From Planctomycetota bacterium (GTDB lineage Bacteria > Planctomycetota > MHYJ01 > JACPRB01), in contig JACQVR010000065.1 in assembly GCA_016209705.1 (NCBI GenBank), positions 965 to 64,964 of the forward strand: 64,000 nt of DNA, written 5' to 3'. The notes beneath the pieces are model-generated. The model did not search any database. It saw only the letters and a list, made by a program, of their open reading frames with translations, and was not told where the DNA came from. This document shows positions 27,612 to 36,192 of this stretch, in pieces. Position numbers and translations under genes: made by a program. How positions within the stretch are numbered: the stretch's first letter is position 1; every line of letters starts with the position of its first letter.

Positions 27612-28274
27612 ATGGCGGTTGTCGAAGCGAAAGACGTCTGGAAGATCTTCGAGCCCGGCCATGTGGAGGCCGTTCGCGGAGCGACGTTCAACATCGCGCC
27701 CGGTGAGATCGTCGCCATCATGGGTCCTTCGGGCTCCGGCAAGACGACGCTCTTGATGATGCTCGGGGCGATGCTCTCTCCGACCCGCGGGGAGATTCGC
27801 ATCGCGTCCCAATCGCTGGGCGACCTGCAAGAAGCCGGCAGGGTCGCGCTGCGCCGGCGGCGGATCGGGTTCGTCTTCCAATCGTTCAACCTGTTCCCCT
27901 CGCTGACGGCGCTGGAGAACGTCGCGGTTCCGCTGCGGCTGCTGGGGGCGCGGGATCATCGCCGGCGCGCCGCCGAGGAATTGGAGCGCGTGGGACTGGC
28001 CGGACGCCTGGATTTTCTTCCGGCCAAGCTGAGCGGAGGTCAGCAACAGCGCGTCGCCATCGCCCGCGCGCTGGCGCACGGGCCGGCGGTCATCCTGGCG
28101 GACGAGCCGACCGGAGCGCTCGATTCGACCAACGGCCTGGCCGTGATTCGATTGCTTTCGGAGCGGGCCTCGGAGAAGGGCGCCGCGGTGATCGTGGTCA
28201 CGCATGACGAGCGCTTGAGTGCCGTGGCCCATCGTGTTCTTCGCCTCGAGGACGGCTGCATCGCGGCACTTTGA
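27612..28274 (+). CDS. ABC transporter ATP-binding protein
   Basis: GPSGSGKTT, LSGGQQQRVAIARAL, ADEPTGALD. Confidence 0.96.
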   Translation: MAVVEAKDVWKIFEPGHVEAVRGATFNIAPGEIVAIMGPSGSGKTTLLMMLGAMLSPTRGEIRIASQSLGDLQEAGRVALRRRRIGFVFQSFNLFPSLTALENVAVPLRLLGARDHRRRAAEELERVGLAGRLDFLPAKLSGGQQQRVAIARALAHGPAVILADEPTGALDSTNGLAVIRLLSERASEKGAAVIVVTHDERLSAVAHRVLRLEDGCIAAL

Positions 28275-28284
28275 GAGAAACGCC

Positions 28285-29100
28285 ATGAGGATCTTCATCG
28301 CATCGGTGCTGTTGGCGGCGGTCGGGGCTGCGACGTGGTATTTGGTCCGTCCCGCCCCGGAGCCGCCCCCCCTCGGCAAGCCGGAGCGGCGCGTCTGGGC
28401 GACGGGCAAGGTCGAAGCATGGAAGCAGGCCCGCGTGGGATCGACGATTTTGGAGCGGATCAAAGTCTTTCTCAAAAGCGAAGGGGACGTGGTCCAGGCG
28501 GGAGAGGCGGTCGTGCTCCTGGAACGGTCGATCGTGGAAGCGCAATGGTCGCGAGCGCGCGCCGTGCGGGAACAGGCGGAACGCGACCTGGCCCGCGCGC
28601 GGCGATTGGTCTCGGAGAACGCGGCTTCCAACGTGGAGGTGGAGAAGGCGGAAACGGCCCTCGCTGTCGCCAAGGCGGATGAAGCGGCGCTGGAGGCGCG
28701 CCTTGAGGATGCGGTCATCAAGGCGCCCTTCGCGGGGGTAATCCTCAAGGTGTATCGGGAACCGGGCGAACTGGCCCACCCCGAGGCGCCGCTCTTCGTA
28801 GTGGGGGATCTATCCAAGCTGAAGGTCCGAGCCGAGGTGGACGAGCTCGAACTGGCGGAGATCCGGACGGGGGTCGCGGTGAGGATTCATCCGGACTCGT
28901 TTCCGGACCTTACGCTGTCGGGACGCATCGAGAAGCTGGCCGGCGCGCTGGGGCGGAAATCGCTCTTCTCGGACGATCCCCAGGAACGGATCGACGCGAA
29001 AGTCCTGGAAGCGGAGATTCACCTGGACGACGCCGGACCCTTGCGGCCGGGAATGAACGTGAGGGTGGAGGTCCTTTCGGCGGGAGAGAGAGCGCGCTGA
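28285..29100 (+). CDS. Efflux periplasmic adaptor (HlyD/MFP)
   Basis: N-terminal TM, biotinyl-like EGDVVQAGE, coiled coil, IKAPFAGVI, LRPGMNV. Confidence 0.88.
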   Translation: MRIFIASVLLAAVGAATWYLVRPAPEPPPLGKPERRVWATGKVEAWKQARVGSTILERIKVFLKSEGDVVQAGEAVVLLERSIVEAQWSRARAVREQAERDLARARRLVSENAASNVEVEKAETALAVAKADEAALEARLEDAVIKAPFAGVILKVYREPGELAHPEAPLFVVGDLSKLKVRAEVDELELAEIRTGVAVRIHPDSFPDLTLSGRIEKLAGALGRKSLFSDDPQERIDAKVLEAEIHLDDAGPLRPGMNVRVEVLSAGERAR

Positions 29101-29121
29101 CTCGGATAATTCTTCACCACT

Positions 29122-29180
29122 GGAATCCTGGCTCGGCAGTCCGATGACGCCGAGACAGGATTCCATAAGCGTGCGCGTCA
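29122..29180. repeat. REP-like hairpin element, copy 2
   Basis: ggaatcctggctcggc…gccgagacaggattcc-ataagcgtgcgcgtca between convergent genes. Confidence 0.65.
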
Positions 29181-29978
29181 CGCGATCGCGTCGAGGATCC
29201 AGGATTCCCCGGCCACCACGGAGGGAAAGCCGATCGTGCTCGCGGCCAGCGCGACCACCTGATGCAACTCGTCCTCCATGACGCCCGCCGCGCGCGCTTT
29301 GCGGGCCGCCGAGCGGACCGCGCCTTCACGATACGCGCCCAGCGCGATTCCCAGCTTGACGAGCCGCACGGCCCGTTCATCCAGCGGGCCGGTCGACTCC
29401 GCCTCGCGCAGCAGGTCCCAGGACTTTTCCAGGAGGGGATGCCGCGCGACGAAATTTCGATACGCTTCCGGAGCCGCCTTCTGGACGTTGGGTTCCACCA
29501 TCGCCTGCGCGCATTCCGGACAGCAGCTTCCTACTGTTTCCATGTTCGCGTGCACCTCGCGCTTCTCCTCTTCGCTCAACAGCCGTTCCGCCATGGGAAA
29601 GAGAACGGTGTCCTCCTTCTGGATGTGGTCGCGCAGGTGGGAAAGAACGTCTCGGCCCGCCGCGCGGACGCGCGCCCGCCCGTCGGGGCCGCCGTCCCCG
29701 GAAATCGCCTCCTTGAAGGCGCGGAACTTGTCCGCTTCGTCGCGGTGCTCTTCGAGCATGCACGCGATCGGGCCGACTTCCGTTCCGATGTGCCGCCCCA
29801 GCGCGGGGAAGAGGATCTCCTCCTCCTTCTTGCGGTGAACGGCCAGCTTTTCGTCGAAGAATTCCAGCGCCCCGCGGAGGGCCGCGGCATCGTGCCGCTC
29901 CAGCGCCCGCTCGAACTCGTCCAATTTGCCCAACACCGTTTGATGCTCGCGGCGCAGCACTCGAGTAACGTCCGTCAT
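29178..29978 (-). CDS. Hemerythrin (HHE) domain fused to a CMD/AhpD-like domain
   Basis: EH…HRKKEEEILFP…EEH…HIQKEDTVLFP; CCPEC linker; GPLDERAVRLVKLGIA…STIGFP. Confidence 0.82.
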   Translation of the reverse strand: MTDVTRVLRREHQTVLGKLDEFERALERHDAAALRGALEFFDEKLAVHRKKEEEILFPALGRHIGTEVGPIACMLEEHRDEADKFRAFKEAISGDGGPDGRARVRAAGRDVLSHLRDHIQKEDTVLFPMAERLLSEEEKREVHANMETVGSCCPECAQAMVEPNVQKAAPEAYRNFVARHPLLEKSWDLLREAESTGPLDERAVRLVKLGIALGAYREGAVRSAARKARAAGVMEDELHQVVALAASTIGFPSVVAGESWILDAIA

Positions 29979-30054
29979 CGTCGGCTCCTCATGCTTGGAA
30001 TCAGATGATCACCCCTTTGCGGGACCCGTAAGAATAATTGCTCAACTTTTGCGG

Positions 30055-30129
30055 GAACCGCCAAAACGCTGAAACGCCATCGAATGCCCTCTTCTGGGTT
30101 CTCTTGGCGATTGGGTGCTTTGGAGGTTC
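30055..30129. repeat. Intergenic palindromic octamer element related to 16810-16887
   Basis: Shares gaaccgccaaaacgc start and ctttggXggttc end. Confidence 0.75.
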
Positions 30130-30174
30130 ATGCGCTTCACAAGAAATAAATCGCGTCCGTTGTTTCTTTACGAA

Positions 30175-30507
30175 TCAGACATCGTCTGGATCCCCTGGAC
30201 ACGCCGGAACCCGGGAACTGTCGGGCACGGGAGGGTCGCCGGCCACTTGGAAATGCTCCGGCAGTTCCGGTTCGGGGCAGGAGAGCCGCGGATGGAGCAG
30301 GCCTAAGGTCTCCAGCTTCTCGCGAATGCGCCGCTCGATCTCCTCCGCGCCGAACAATCCTCTCAAGCCGTAGGGGGCCTGAAACGACGGATCGGTGAAG
30401 ATCCGCCCCATCGCTTGGAAGGACCACCCCATGTGGCCATACTCCTCGATCAAGAGGTCCAGCATCTCGTCCGCGTCGACCGGCGATGCCTGAGCGATCG
30501 GATCCAT
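30175..30507 (-). CDS. Small hypothetical protein (110 aa)
   Basis: RBS GAGGA, ATG 30507; LIEEYGHMGWS…IFTDPSFQAPY. Confidence 0.65.
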   Translation of the reverse strand: MDPIAQASPVDADEMLDLLIEEYGHMGWSFQAMGRIFTDPSFQAPYGLRGLFGAEEIERRIREKLETLGLLHPRLSCPEPELPEHFQVAGDPPVPDSSRVPACPGDPDDV

Positions 30508-30604
30508 CGCGTCCTCGGCCGTTCTCGAACTATGTATGGGGTGTTTCGTGACGTCACCGGCCCTTGTCGGGTGCGTCATCATGAAAGATGAACATCGGGA
30601 TTCC

Positions 30605-30620
30605 AGCAACGCACGTGCCA
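30605..30620 (-). promoter_or_regulatory. Sigma-54 -24/-12 promoter
   Basis: Minus strand TGGCACGTGCGTTGCT, consensus match. Confidence 0.85.
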
Positions 30621-30720
30621 TCCGCGAGGACCCTTGCGGAGGGCGCCTGAATCGGCTTGGAGGCGGAATTTTTCCGAGGCGGAGGCGGAATTTTCCCGAA
30701 ATATCGCGATGTGTCGGAAC

Positions 30721-32073
30721 CTAAGGCGAATGCTTCAGCTCGCGGTGCAACTGGGCGCGGAGCGCCGGAATCTCCGTCTCGACGGCCCCGGCCAGCCGGT
30801 CGCGCTCCTCGGCTCGAAGCTTGGGAAAAGCCCGGACGCCCACCTTTTCGAGCGCGTGCCGCAGATGGGGGTGGACCTTGCCCCACAGAGCGCGCAGGTC
30901 CTCCACCCGGTCCCGCACCAGCAGTTCGCGGGCGTAGAGGCGCTCGAAGATATCGCTCAGACCGGCGACGATCTGCCTTTCCGAACCGCGGATCAGGCCG
31001 CGGATGACGAACGAGCCCGCATAGGCGACCAGCGCCGCGCCGCCGAAGATGACGGCCGGGATCCACCACTCCTGATGCGTGGTGATCGTGATCGCGCCCG
31101 CCAGCCCGGCGAAGAGAATGAGGAAGACGAGAAGCGTCCAGAGCTTCGCTCCGAAACGGCGCAGGTTGCGCCGCGCTTCATCGATGACCCGCGCGTGCAC
31201 GTAAAGCCGCTGCGCGTGCTCTTCGAGCTGCGTGATGAGATTGTCGATCCGTCGGGCGGGCGCGCGTCGGACCTCCCGGATCAGCTCCTCCCGCGTCCCT
31301 TCGAAATCCCGCGCGGGAAGCGCCGGCGGCGCCGCTCCGTCCACCGGAAGATAGGTCGTGAAGATGTGCGGAAGGTCCTTCCGGGGGATGATCTTCCCCA
31401 GGTTCCAGCAGAGCGATCCGTAGGCCCGCGCGAAATCCTGGAGGCTTTCGAAGCGGTCCATCTTGTTCATCACGATGAGCAGCTTGTGATCGATCCCGCG
31501 CAGCGACTGCGTGAAAACCTGGAGCGTCTCGCCCGTCGTGCCCGGCTTTTCGGCGTCGAAAAACACGAACACCACGTCGGCGCGTTCGGCGAACCAGCGG
31601 ACCGCGCCGGCGAAGTCGTAGCCGCGGTCAGATCCTTCTCCCCGCGCGTCGATCATGCCGGGGGAGTCGATCAACGTCACCTCCCGCAGGACCTCCGTCG
31701 AGCGAAGCTTGACGCGGAAGTGGGACAGGAATTCGGGGCCGAAGCTCTTCAAGTCGCCGAACGGGAGCGTCGGATCGGAGACGGCCGCCTGGCCTTCGCG
31801 GTCCTCTTCGGCGCCGTTCATGAGGACGGTGAACGTGTCGTCGGTGGGAGCGAGCCCCGTCTTCTGCACCGGAGCGGCCAGAAGGTGGTTGATGAACGTC
31901 GACTTGCCCGACGAATGATTGCCCAGGAACAGCACGGTCGGCGCGCCCGCGATTTCGCTTTCCCCGGGGCGCCGTTCGAAGGCGAACCTCTCCTCGAGAG
32001 GATCGATGGCTTCGCCGTAGATGCGCTGGACGGCCAGCGCGATGTCGCTCAGCGTCCGTTGCACGGCGCCCAT
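30721..32073 (-). CDS. Dynamin-superfamily EHD-like NTPase with two C-terminal TMs
   Basis: GNHSSGKS, PTDD, DSPG, RGYDF…WFAERAD, NKMD, YGSLCWNLGK. Confidence 0.85.
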   Translation of the reverse strand: MGAVQRTLSDIALAVQRIYGEAIDPLEERFAFERRPGESEIAGAPTVLFLGNHSSGKSTFINHLLAAPVQKTGLAPTDDTFTVLMNGAEEDREGQAAVSDPTLPFGDLKSFGPEFLSHFRVKLRSTEVLREVTLIDSPGMIDARGEGSDRGYDFAGAVRWFAERADVVFVFFDAEKPGTTGETLQVFTQSLRGIDHKLLIVMNKMDRFESLQDFARAYGSLCWNLGKIIPRKDLPHIFTTYLPVDGAAPPALPARDFEGTREELIREVRRAPARRIDNLITQLEEHAQRLYVHARVIDEARRNLRRFGAKLWTLLVFLILFAGLAGAITITTHQEWWIPAVIFGGAALVAYAGSFVIRGLIRGSERQIVAGLSDIFERLYARELLVRDRVEDLRALWGKVHPHLRHALEKVGVRAFPKLRAEERDRLAGAVETEIPALRAQLHRELKHSP

Positions 32074-32126
32074 TGTACTCGCCCGCGGCGGATCGGGAAC
32101 CGGAATTCGGGGCGCGGGCCTCCGGA

Positions 32127-32864
32127 CTATGGATCATGGACTTCCGGCGGAAGCGGTGGCGTCGGGGAGGTTTCCTTGTCGGGAACGCTGGCGCCATCGA
32201 GAGGAGCCGCGGGCGCTTCCCGTGGCGAAGCGCGAATCCCGCGCCACACCAGGATGGCCAGAAGCGCCGCCGCCGCGCCGTAACCGATCGCCCGGAACCA
32301 CGCGGTGTGACGTACCGGCTCCAGGAGTCGCGCCAGCCCCTCGGCGCCCAGCGCCAAGCCGAAACTGCCGGCGACCGCGCCGATCGCGATGGCGGTCAGG
32401 ATCCGCGCCGACGTCAGTCCGATGAGCCGCCCGAAGATCGTCCCGCCGATGGCGCCCGTGCCGGTGAGCGGAAACATGACGAACAGGATCACCCCGAAAA
32501 ACGCGGAACGGCGATAGAACCGCCGCCGTTCCAGAGTTTCCCGCCCGTTCCGTTCCATCCATCGCAGGCGCCGTCCGAGCCACGGGAGGCGGTACAGCAC
32601 ATCCAGGTGCAGCGCGACGAGCAACGCGGTGCAGACGTCCATGAACGCGACCATTCCGGCGAAGAAGAACGGCGTGAAGAAGACGTCTTCGCGAAGGACG
32701 GGCGCCAGCACGATAAACTTTCCCGCCGCGACGAACGTCACGCCGGCATATCCCATCGCCTCCAGCGCCAGCGTCCAGGACGTGAATCCCACCAGCACCA
32801 CGATCGCCGCCGAGGCGACCGCGAACGGTGCCAGCGTCAGCGCGAGTTTCCAGCTACGCATCAT
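32127..32864 (-). CDS. Small multidrug-export-like membrane protein (COG2426-like)
   Basis: FVMFPLTGTGAIGG motif, multiple TMs, translationally coupled to the upstream gene. Confidence 0.7.
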   Translation of the reverse strand: MMRSWKLALTLAPFAVASAAIVVLVGFTSWTLALEAMGYAGVTFVAAGKFIVLAPVLREDVFFTPFFFAGMVAFMDVCTALLVALHLDVLYRLPWLGRRLRWMERNGRETLERRRFYRRSAFFGVILFVMFPLTGTGAIGGTIFGRLIGLTSARILTAIAIGAVAGSFGLALGAEGLARLLEPVRHTAWFRAIGYGAAAALLAILVWRGIRASPREAPAAPLDGASVPDKETSPTPPLPPEVHDP

Positions 32865-34537
32865 CCGAGCCGCCCGTTCAACGCCAGGACGAAACCGGTC
32901 AAGATCAGCATCGCTCCCAGAAGAACGGCCGCCTGGAAGCCCACGGTGGCCGGCATCTCCGATTCCCGCCATCGCCGCCACCCGTGCCGAAAGGCCGCTC
33001 CGGACCGCTCGGACATGGGCGCGAACGCTTCGAGCGTCCGGCCCAGCGCCTCGAGGAGCGCGCCGGTCGGCCGCCGATAGAGCCGGTCCACGTCGCGCGT
33101 CACCGTTGGCTCTCCCCCCAGCTTCGCGCGCAGCAGCCAGAATCCCAAGGCCGTTCCCAGCAGGAGCTGGATCGCCGCCATTATATGTTCCGCCGTGAAC
33201 GGTTCGTAGAAAGCCGCGTGCGGGAGCATCGCGTAGAGCACCTCCGGACTCACTCCGGTCGTCACGCACACCGCCGCCGCCAAGACCATCGCCGCGATCA
33301 TCGAGGCGGGAGCGTCGCGCCGCCGCGCGGGCGCGGGAGCGCCGCCGAAAAAGGTGAACCACGGAAGCTTCAGCCCCGTGTGGAGAAACGTTCCCATGGA
33401 CGCGATTTCCAGCAGCAGCTCTCCGGTCCAGCGCCCCTCGGCGCCGGCCGCGCCGACGATCATCGACTTGCTGACGAATCCGCTGAACAGCGGCACGCCG
33501 GAAATGGAAAACGCGCCGACCGCGTAGCAGGCGAGCGTCACGGGCATCCAGCGTCCCAGGCCTCCCAGCTCCGTGAGCTTCGCGCGTCCGGTCGCGTGAA
33601 TCACCGCTCCCGCGGCCATCAGCAAGAGTCCTTTGTAGAAGATGTGGGAGAAGGCGTGCGCCGCCGTGCCGTTCAGCGCCAGCGCCGTGCCCAGGCCGAC
33701 GCCGCACACCATGTAGCCGACCTGGCTGATGATGTGATATCCCAGCAGCCGCCGGATGTCGTTCTCGAGCACGGCGAAGATGACTCCGTACAGCGCCATC
33801 GCGATGCCGGCTCCCACCAGGAACTCTTCGCCGGGGAAGCACCGGGCGAGCGCATAGACCGCCGCCTTCGTGGTGTAGGCGCTCAGGAAGACGGTCCCCG
33901 CCGGGGTGGAGCGCGGATAAGCGTCCGGCAACCAGGCATGCAGCGGCGGGATCGCCGCGTTGACCGCCATCCCCGCCAGGATCAGCCAGCCCGCCGCGCC
34001 GCGCAGGCCGATTGCCTCGATCGCCGTGGATCCCGACTCGTGCGCATGCAGCAGTACGCCCGCCAGCAGGCAAGCCGCTCCCGCGACATGGAAATAAAGA
34101 TAGCGCAGCCCGGCGGCCAGCGCCGTGCGCGTCCCGCCGGACCAGATAAGGAACAGCGATCCGAGAGTGAGCCCCTCCCAAAACAGGAACAGGGCCAGGA
34201 AATCGCCGGCCAGCGCCGCGCCCACGCCCGAGCCCGCCAGTCCCAGGCCGGCCGCCCGCACGGCCGTCCTCTCTTCGCGCCAGGCATAGACGGCCGCGAC
34301 GCACGCGAAGCCCGCGAACGCCAGCGCGAAAAGGCGGGCGAGCGCGTCCACGCGCAGAAACACGAGCTCGAATCCCAGAACCTCGATGCCCCATCGCGTC
34401 CCCTCCGGGACGAGAAGCACCAGGATCGTTCCTCCCAGCGGGGCGAGGAGCGACAGCGCCCGCTGCGCCGGCGCGCTCACGAAGGGAAGGAGCGCCGCGG
34501 CCAGCAGGAACGGCATCACCGGATGAAGCTCAATCAT
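32861..34537 (-). CDS. mrpD: Mrp antiporter subunit D/A-like (proton-conducting)
   Basis: FWE, NAAIPPLHAWLPDAYP, TTKAAVY, HIISQVGYM, HIFYKGLL. Confidence 0.88.
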   Translation of the reverse strand: MIELHPVMPFLLAAALLPFVSAPAQRALSLLAPLGGTILVLLVPEGTRWGIEVLGFELVFLRVDALARLFALAFAGFACVAAVYAWREERTAVRAAGLGLAGSGVGAALAGDFLALFLFWEGLTLGSLFLIWSGGTRTALAAGLRYLYFHVAGAACLLAGVLLHAHESGSTAIEAIGLRGAAGWLILAGMAVNAAIPPLHAWLPDAYPRSTPAGTVFLSAYTTKAAVYALARCFPGEEFLVGAGIAMALYGVIFAVLENDIRRLLGYHIISQVGYMVCGVGLGTALALNGTAAHAFSHIFYKGLLLMAAGAVIHATGRAKLTELGGLGRWMPVTLACYAVGAFSISGVPLFSGFVSKSMIVGAAGAEGRWTGELLLEIASMGTFLHTGLKLPWFTFFGGAPAPARRRDAPASMIAAMVLAAAVCVTTGVSPEVLYAMLPHAAFYEPFTAEHIMAAIQLLLGTALGFWLLRAKLGGEPTVTRDVDRLYRRPTGALLEALGRTLEAFAPMSERSGAAFRHGWRRWRESEMPATVGFQAAVLLGAMLILTGFVLALNGRLG

Positions 34538-34727
34538 CGTCGCCCTCTTCCGGCTTCTGGAGGAACGCGCGGCCGGCGGCTTTCGTCAGGAGCACGACCG
34601 CGACGCACGATGCGAATCCCAGCACCGCATAAAGCGACGGCGCGTGATGGGAGCGCACGAACAAGAGCTCGGCGATGACGGCGAGCCCCGACGCGCCGGC
34701 GAGGATCCACGCGAATCGGTCCCTCAT
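34530..34727 (-). CDS. Small Mrp-associated membrane protein
   Basis: 65 aa, two TMs, overlaps both neighbours by a few nt. Confidence 0.7.
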   Translation of the reverse strand: MRDRFAWILAGASGLAVIAELLFVRSHHAPSLYAVLGFASCVAVVLLTKAAGRAFLQKPEEGDDD

Positions 34728-36190
34728 GGCGCGCCTCCGAAAATCTGGGCCGCGGCCCGCGCGGCCAGTTCGTACTGGAGGTTGATGACGGCGGGAAGCG
34801 CGCCGAAGACGACCACCAGCGCGGACGTCGCCACCAGCGGTCCCACCATGAGCCCGGGCGCCTCGCGGACGGCGTCATTGGGAGCTGGATCGAAGTACGC
34901 GGCGCGCACGATGGGCAGCAGGTAGGCCGCGGTGAACAGGGATCCACCCAGGAGGATCGCCAAGGGGACCATCTGCGACGCTTCGATCGCGCCGCGCGCC
35001 AGAATGAGCTTGCCCACGAAGCCGCACAAGCCGGGGAAGCCCACCAGCGCCAGCGACGCGACGGTGAACGCGGCGAACGTCCACGGCATGTGCCGGCCGA
35101 GCCCGCCGAGCCGGCTCACGGTTTCCGCGTGCGTGCTCGCGTAGATGGCTCCCGCGCAGAAGAACAGCGTGATCTTCGCGAATCCGTGGTTGACCATGTG
35201 CAGCATCGCGCCCACCGTGCCGTGGGGCGCCAGGAGCGCCGCGCCGAGCACGATCAGCGAAAGGTGCACGACCGTCGAGTAGGCGAGCCGGCGCTTCAGG
35301 TTGTCCTGGCGCAGCGCCGCGATCGATCCGGCGACGACGGTGACGCCGCACGCGGCGATGAGGACCGCCGGCGCGGCCGAGGACGAGAGCGTGTCGGGGC
35401 CGAACACGTATTGGACCATGCGCAGGCATCCGAAGACGCCCGCCTTCACCACCGCGACGGCGTGGAGCAGCGCGCTCACCGGCGTCGGCGCCACCATCGC
35501 GCCCGGCAGCCAGGCATGAAGCGGCATCACCGCCGCCTTGACCCCGTAGCCGATCGCGTAGAGCGCGAAGAGCCCCGCGAGCGCGCCGCCCGCCAGGCGC
35601 GGGGGAAGAAATCCTCCGGGAACGAAATCGAGCGTCCCCGCCAGCATCCACGTCCATGCCGCCGCCGCGGTCAGCGCCAATCCTCCGGTGAGCGCATAGG
35701 CGAGATAGCGCCGCGCGCCGGCCAGGGCCGCGTCCGTCTCCTTGTGCGCCACGAGCGGGTACGTCGCGAGGGTGAGTCCTTCATAGAAGACCAGAAAGGT
35801 GAGAACGTTCCCGGCGAACGCCACGCCCAGCGCGCAGCCGATCGACGCCGCGAAGCACGCGAAGTAGCGACGCCGGTTTTCCAGGCCCATCGCGCGCACG
35901 TAGCCGGAGGAGTAGACGGACGTGACGACCCATAGACCGGCCGCCAGCAACGCGAACGTCAGGCCGAGAGGATCGACCCGGAAGAAGAGATCGACGCCGG
36001 GAAGGAGCCCCATGAGCCGGACTTCCGGAGCGACGCCGGCACGCACCGCCGGCAGCAAGGCGAGCGCCAGCGCCAGCGAGACGCCCGCCGCGGCGTACGT
36101 CCACGCTTCCGCCCCGCGGCGACGTCCCAGATAGATCGCGGCCGCCGCGGCGAACGGTGCCGCCATCGCGCCCAGCACTCTCGGGTCCAT
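34724..36190 (-). CDS. mrpD: Mrp antiporter subunit D-like
   Basis: FYE, KAAVMPLHAWLPGAMVAPTPVSALLHAVAVVKAG, LKRRLAYST. Confidence 0.9.
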   Translation of the reverse strand: MDPRVLGAMAAPFAAAAAIYLGRRRGAEAWTYAAAGVSLALALALLPAVRAGVAPEVRLMGLLPGVDLFFRVDPLGLTFALLAAGLWVVTSVYSSGYVRAMGLENRRRYFACFAASIGCALGVAFAGNVLTFLVFYEGLTLATYPLVAHKETDAALAGARRYLAYALTGGLALTAAAAWTWMLAGTLDFVPGGFLPPRLAGGALAGLFALYAIGYGVKAAVMPLHAWLPGAMVAPTPVSALLHAVAVVKAGVFGCLRMVQYVFGPDTLSSSAAPAVLIAACGVTVVAGSIAALRQDNLKRRLAYSTVVHLSLIVLGAALLAPHGTVGAMLHMVNHGFAKITLFFCAGAIYASTHAETVSRLGGLGRHMPWTFAAFTVASLALVGFPGLCGFVGKLILARGAIEASQMVPLAILLGGSLFTAAYLLPIVRAAYFDPAPNDAVREAPGLMVGPLVATSALVVVFGALPAVINLQYELAARAAAQIFGGAP

Positions 36191-36192
36191 GA

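Noticed and set aside
30508..30621. ORF-track start at 30621
   Set aside because: Begins inside the sigma-54 promoter; an SD supports ATG 30507. The usp start at 40891 has the same problem
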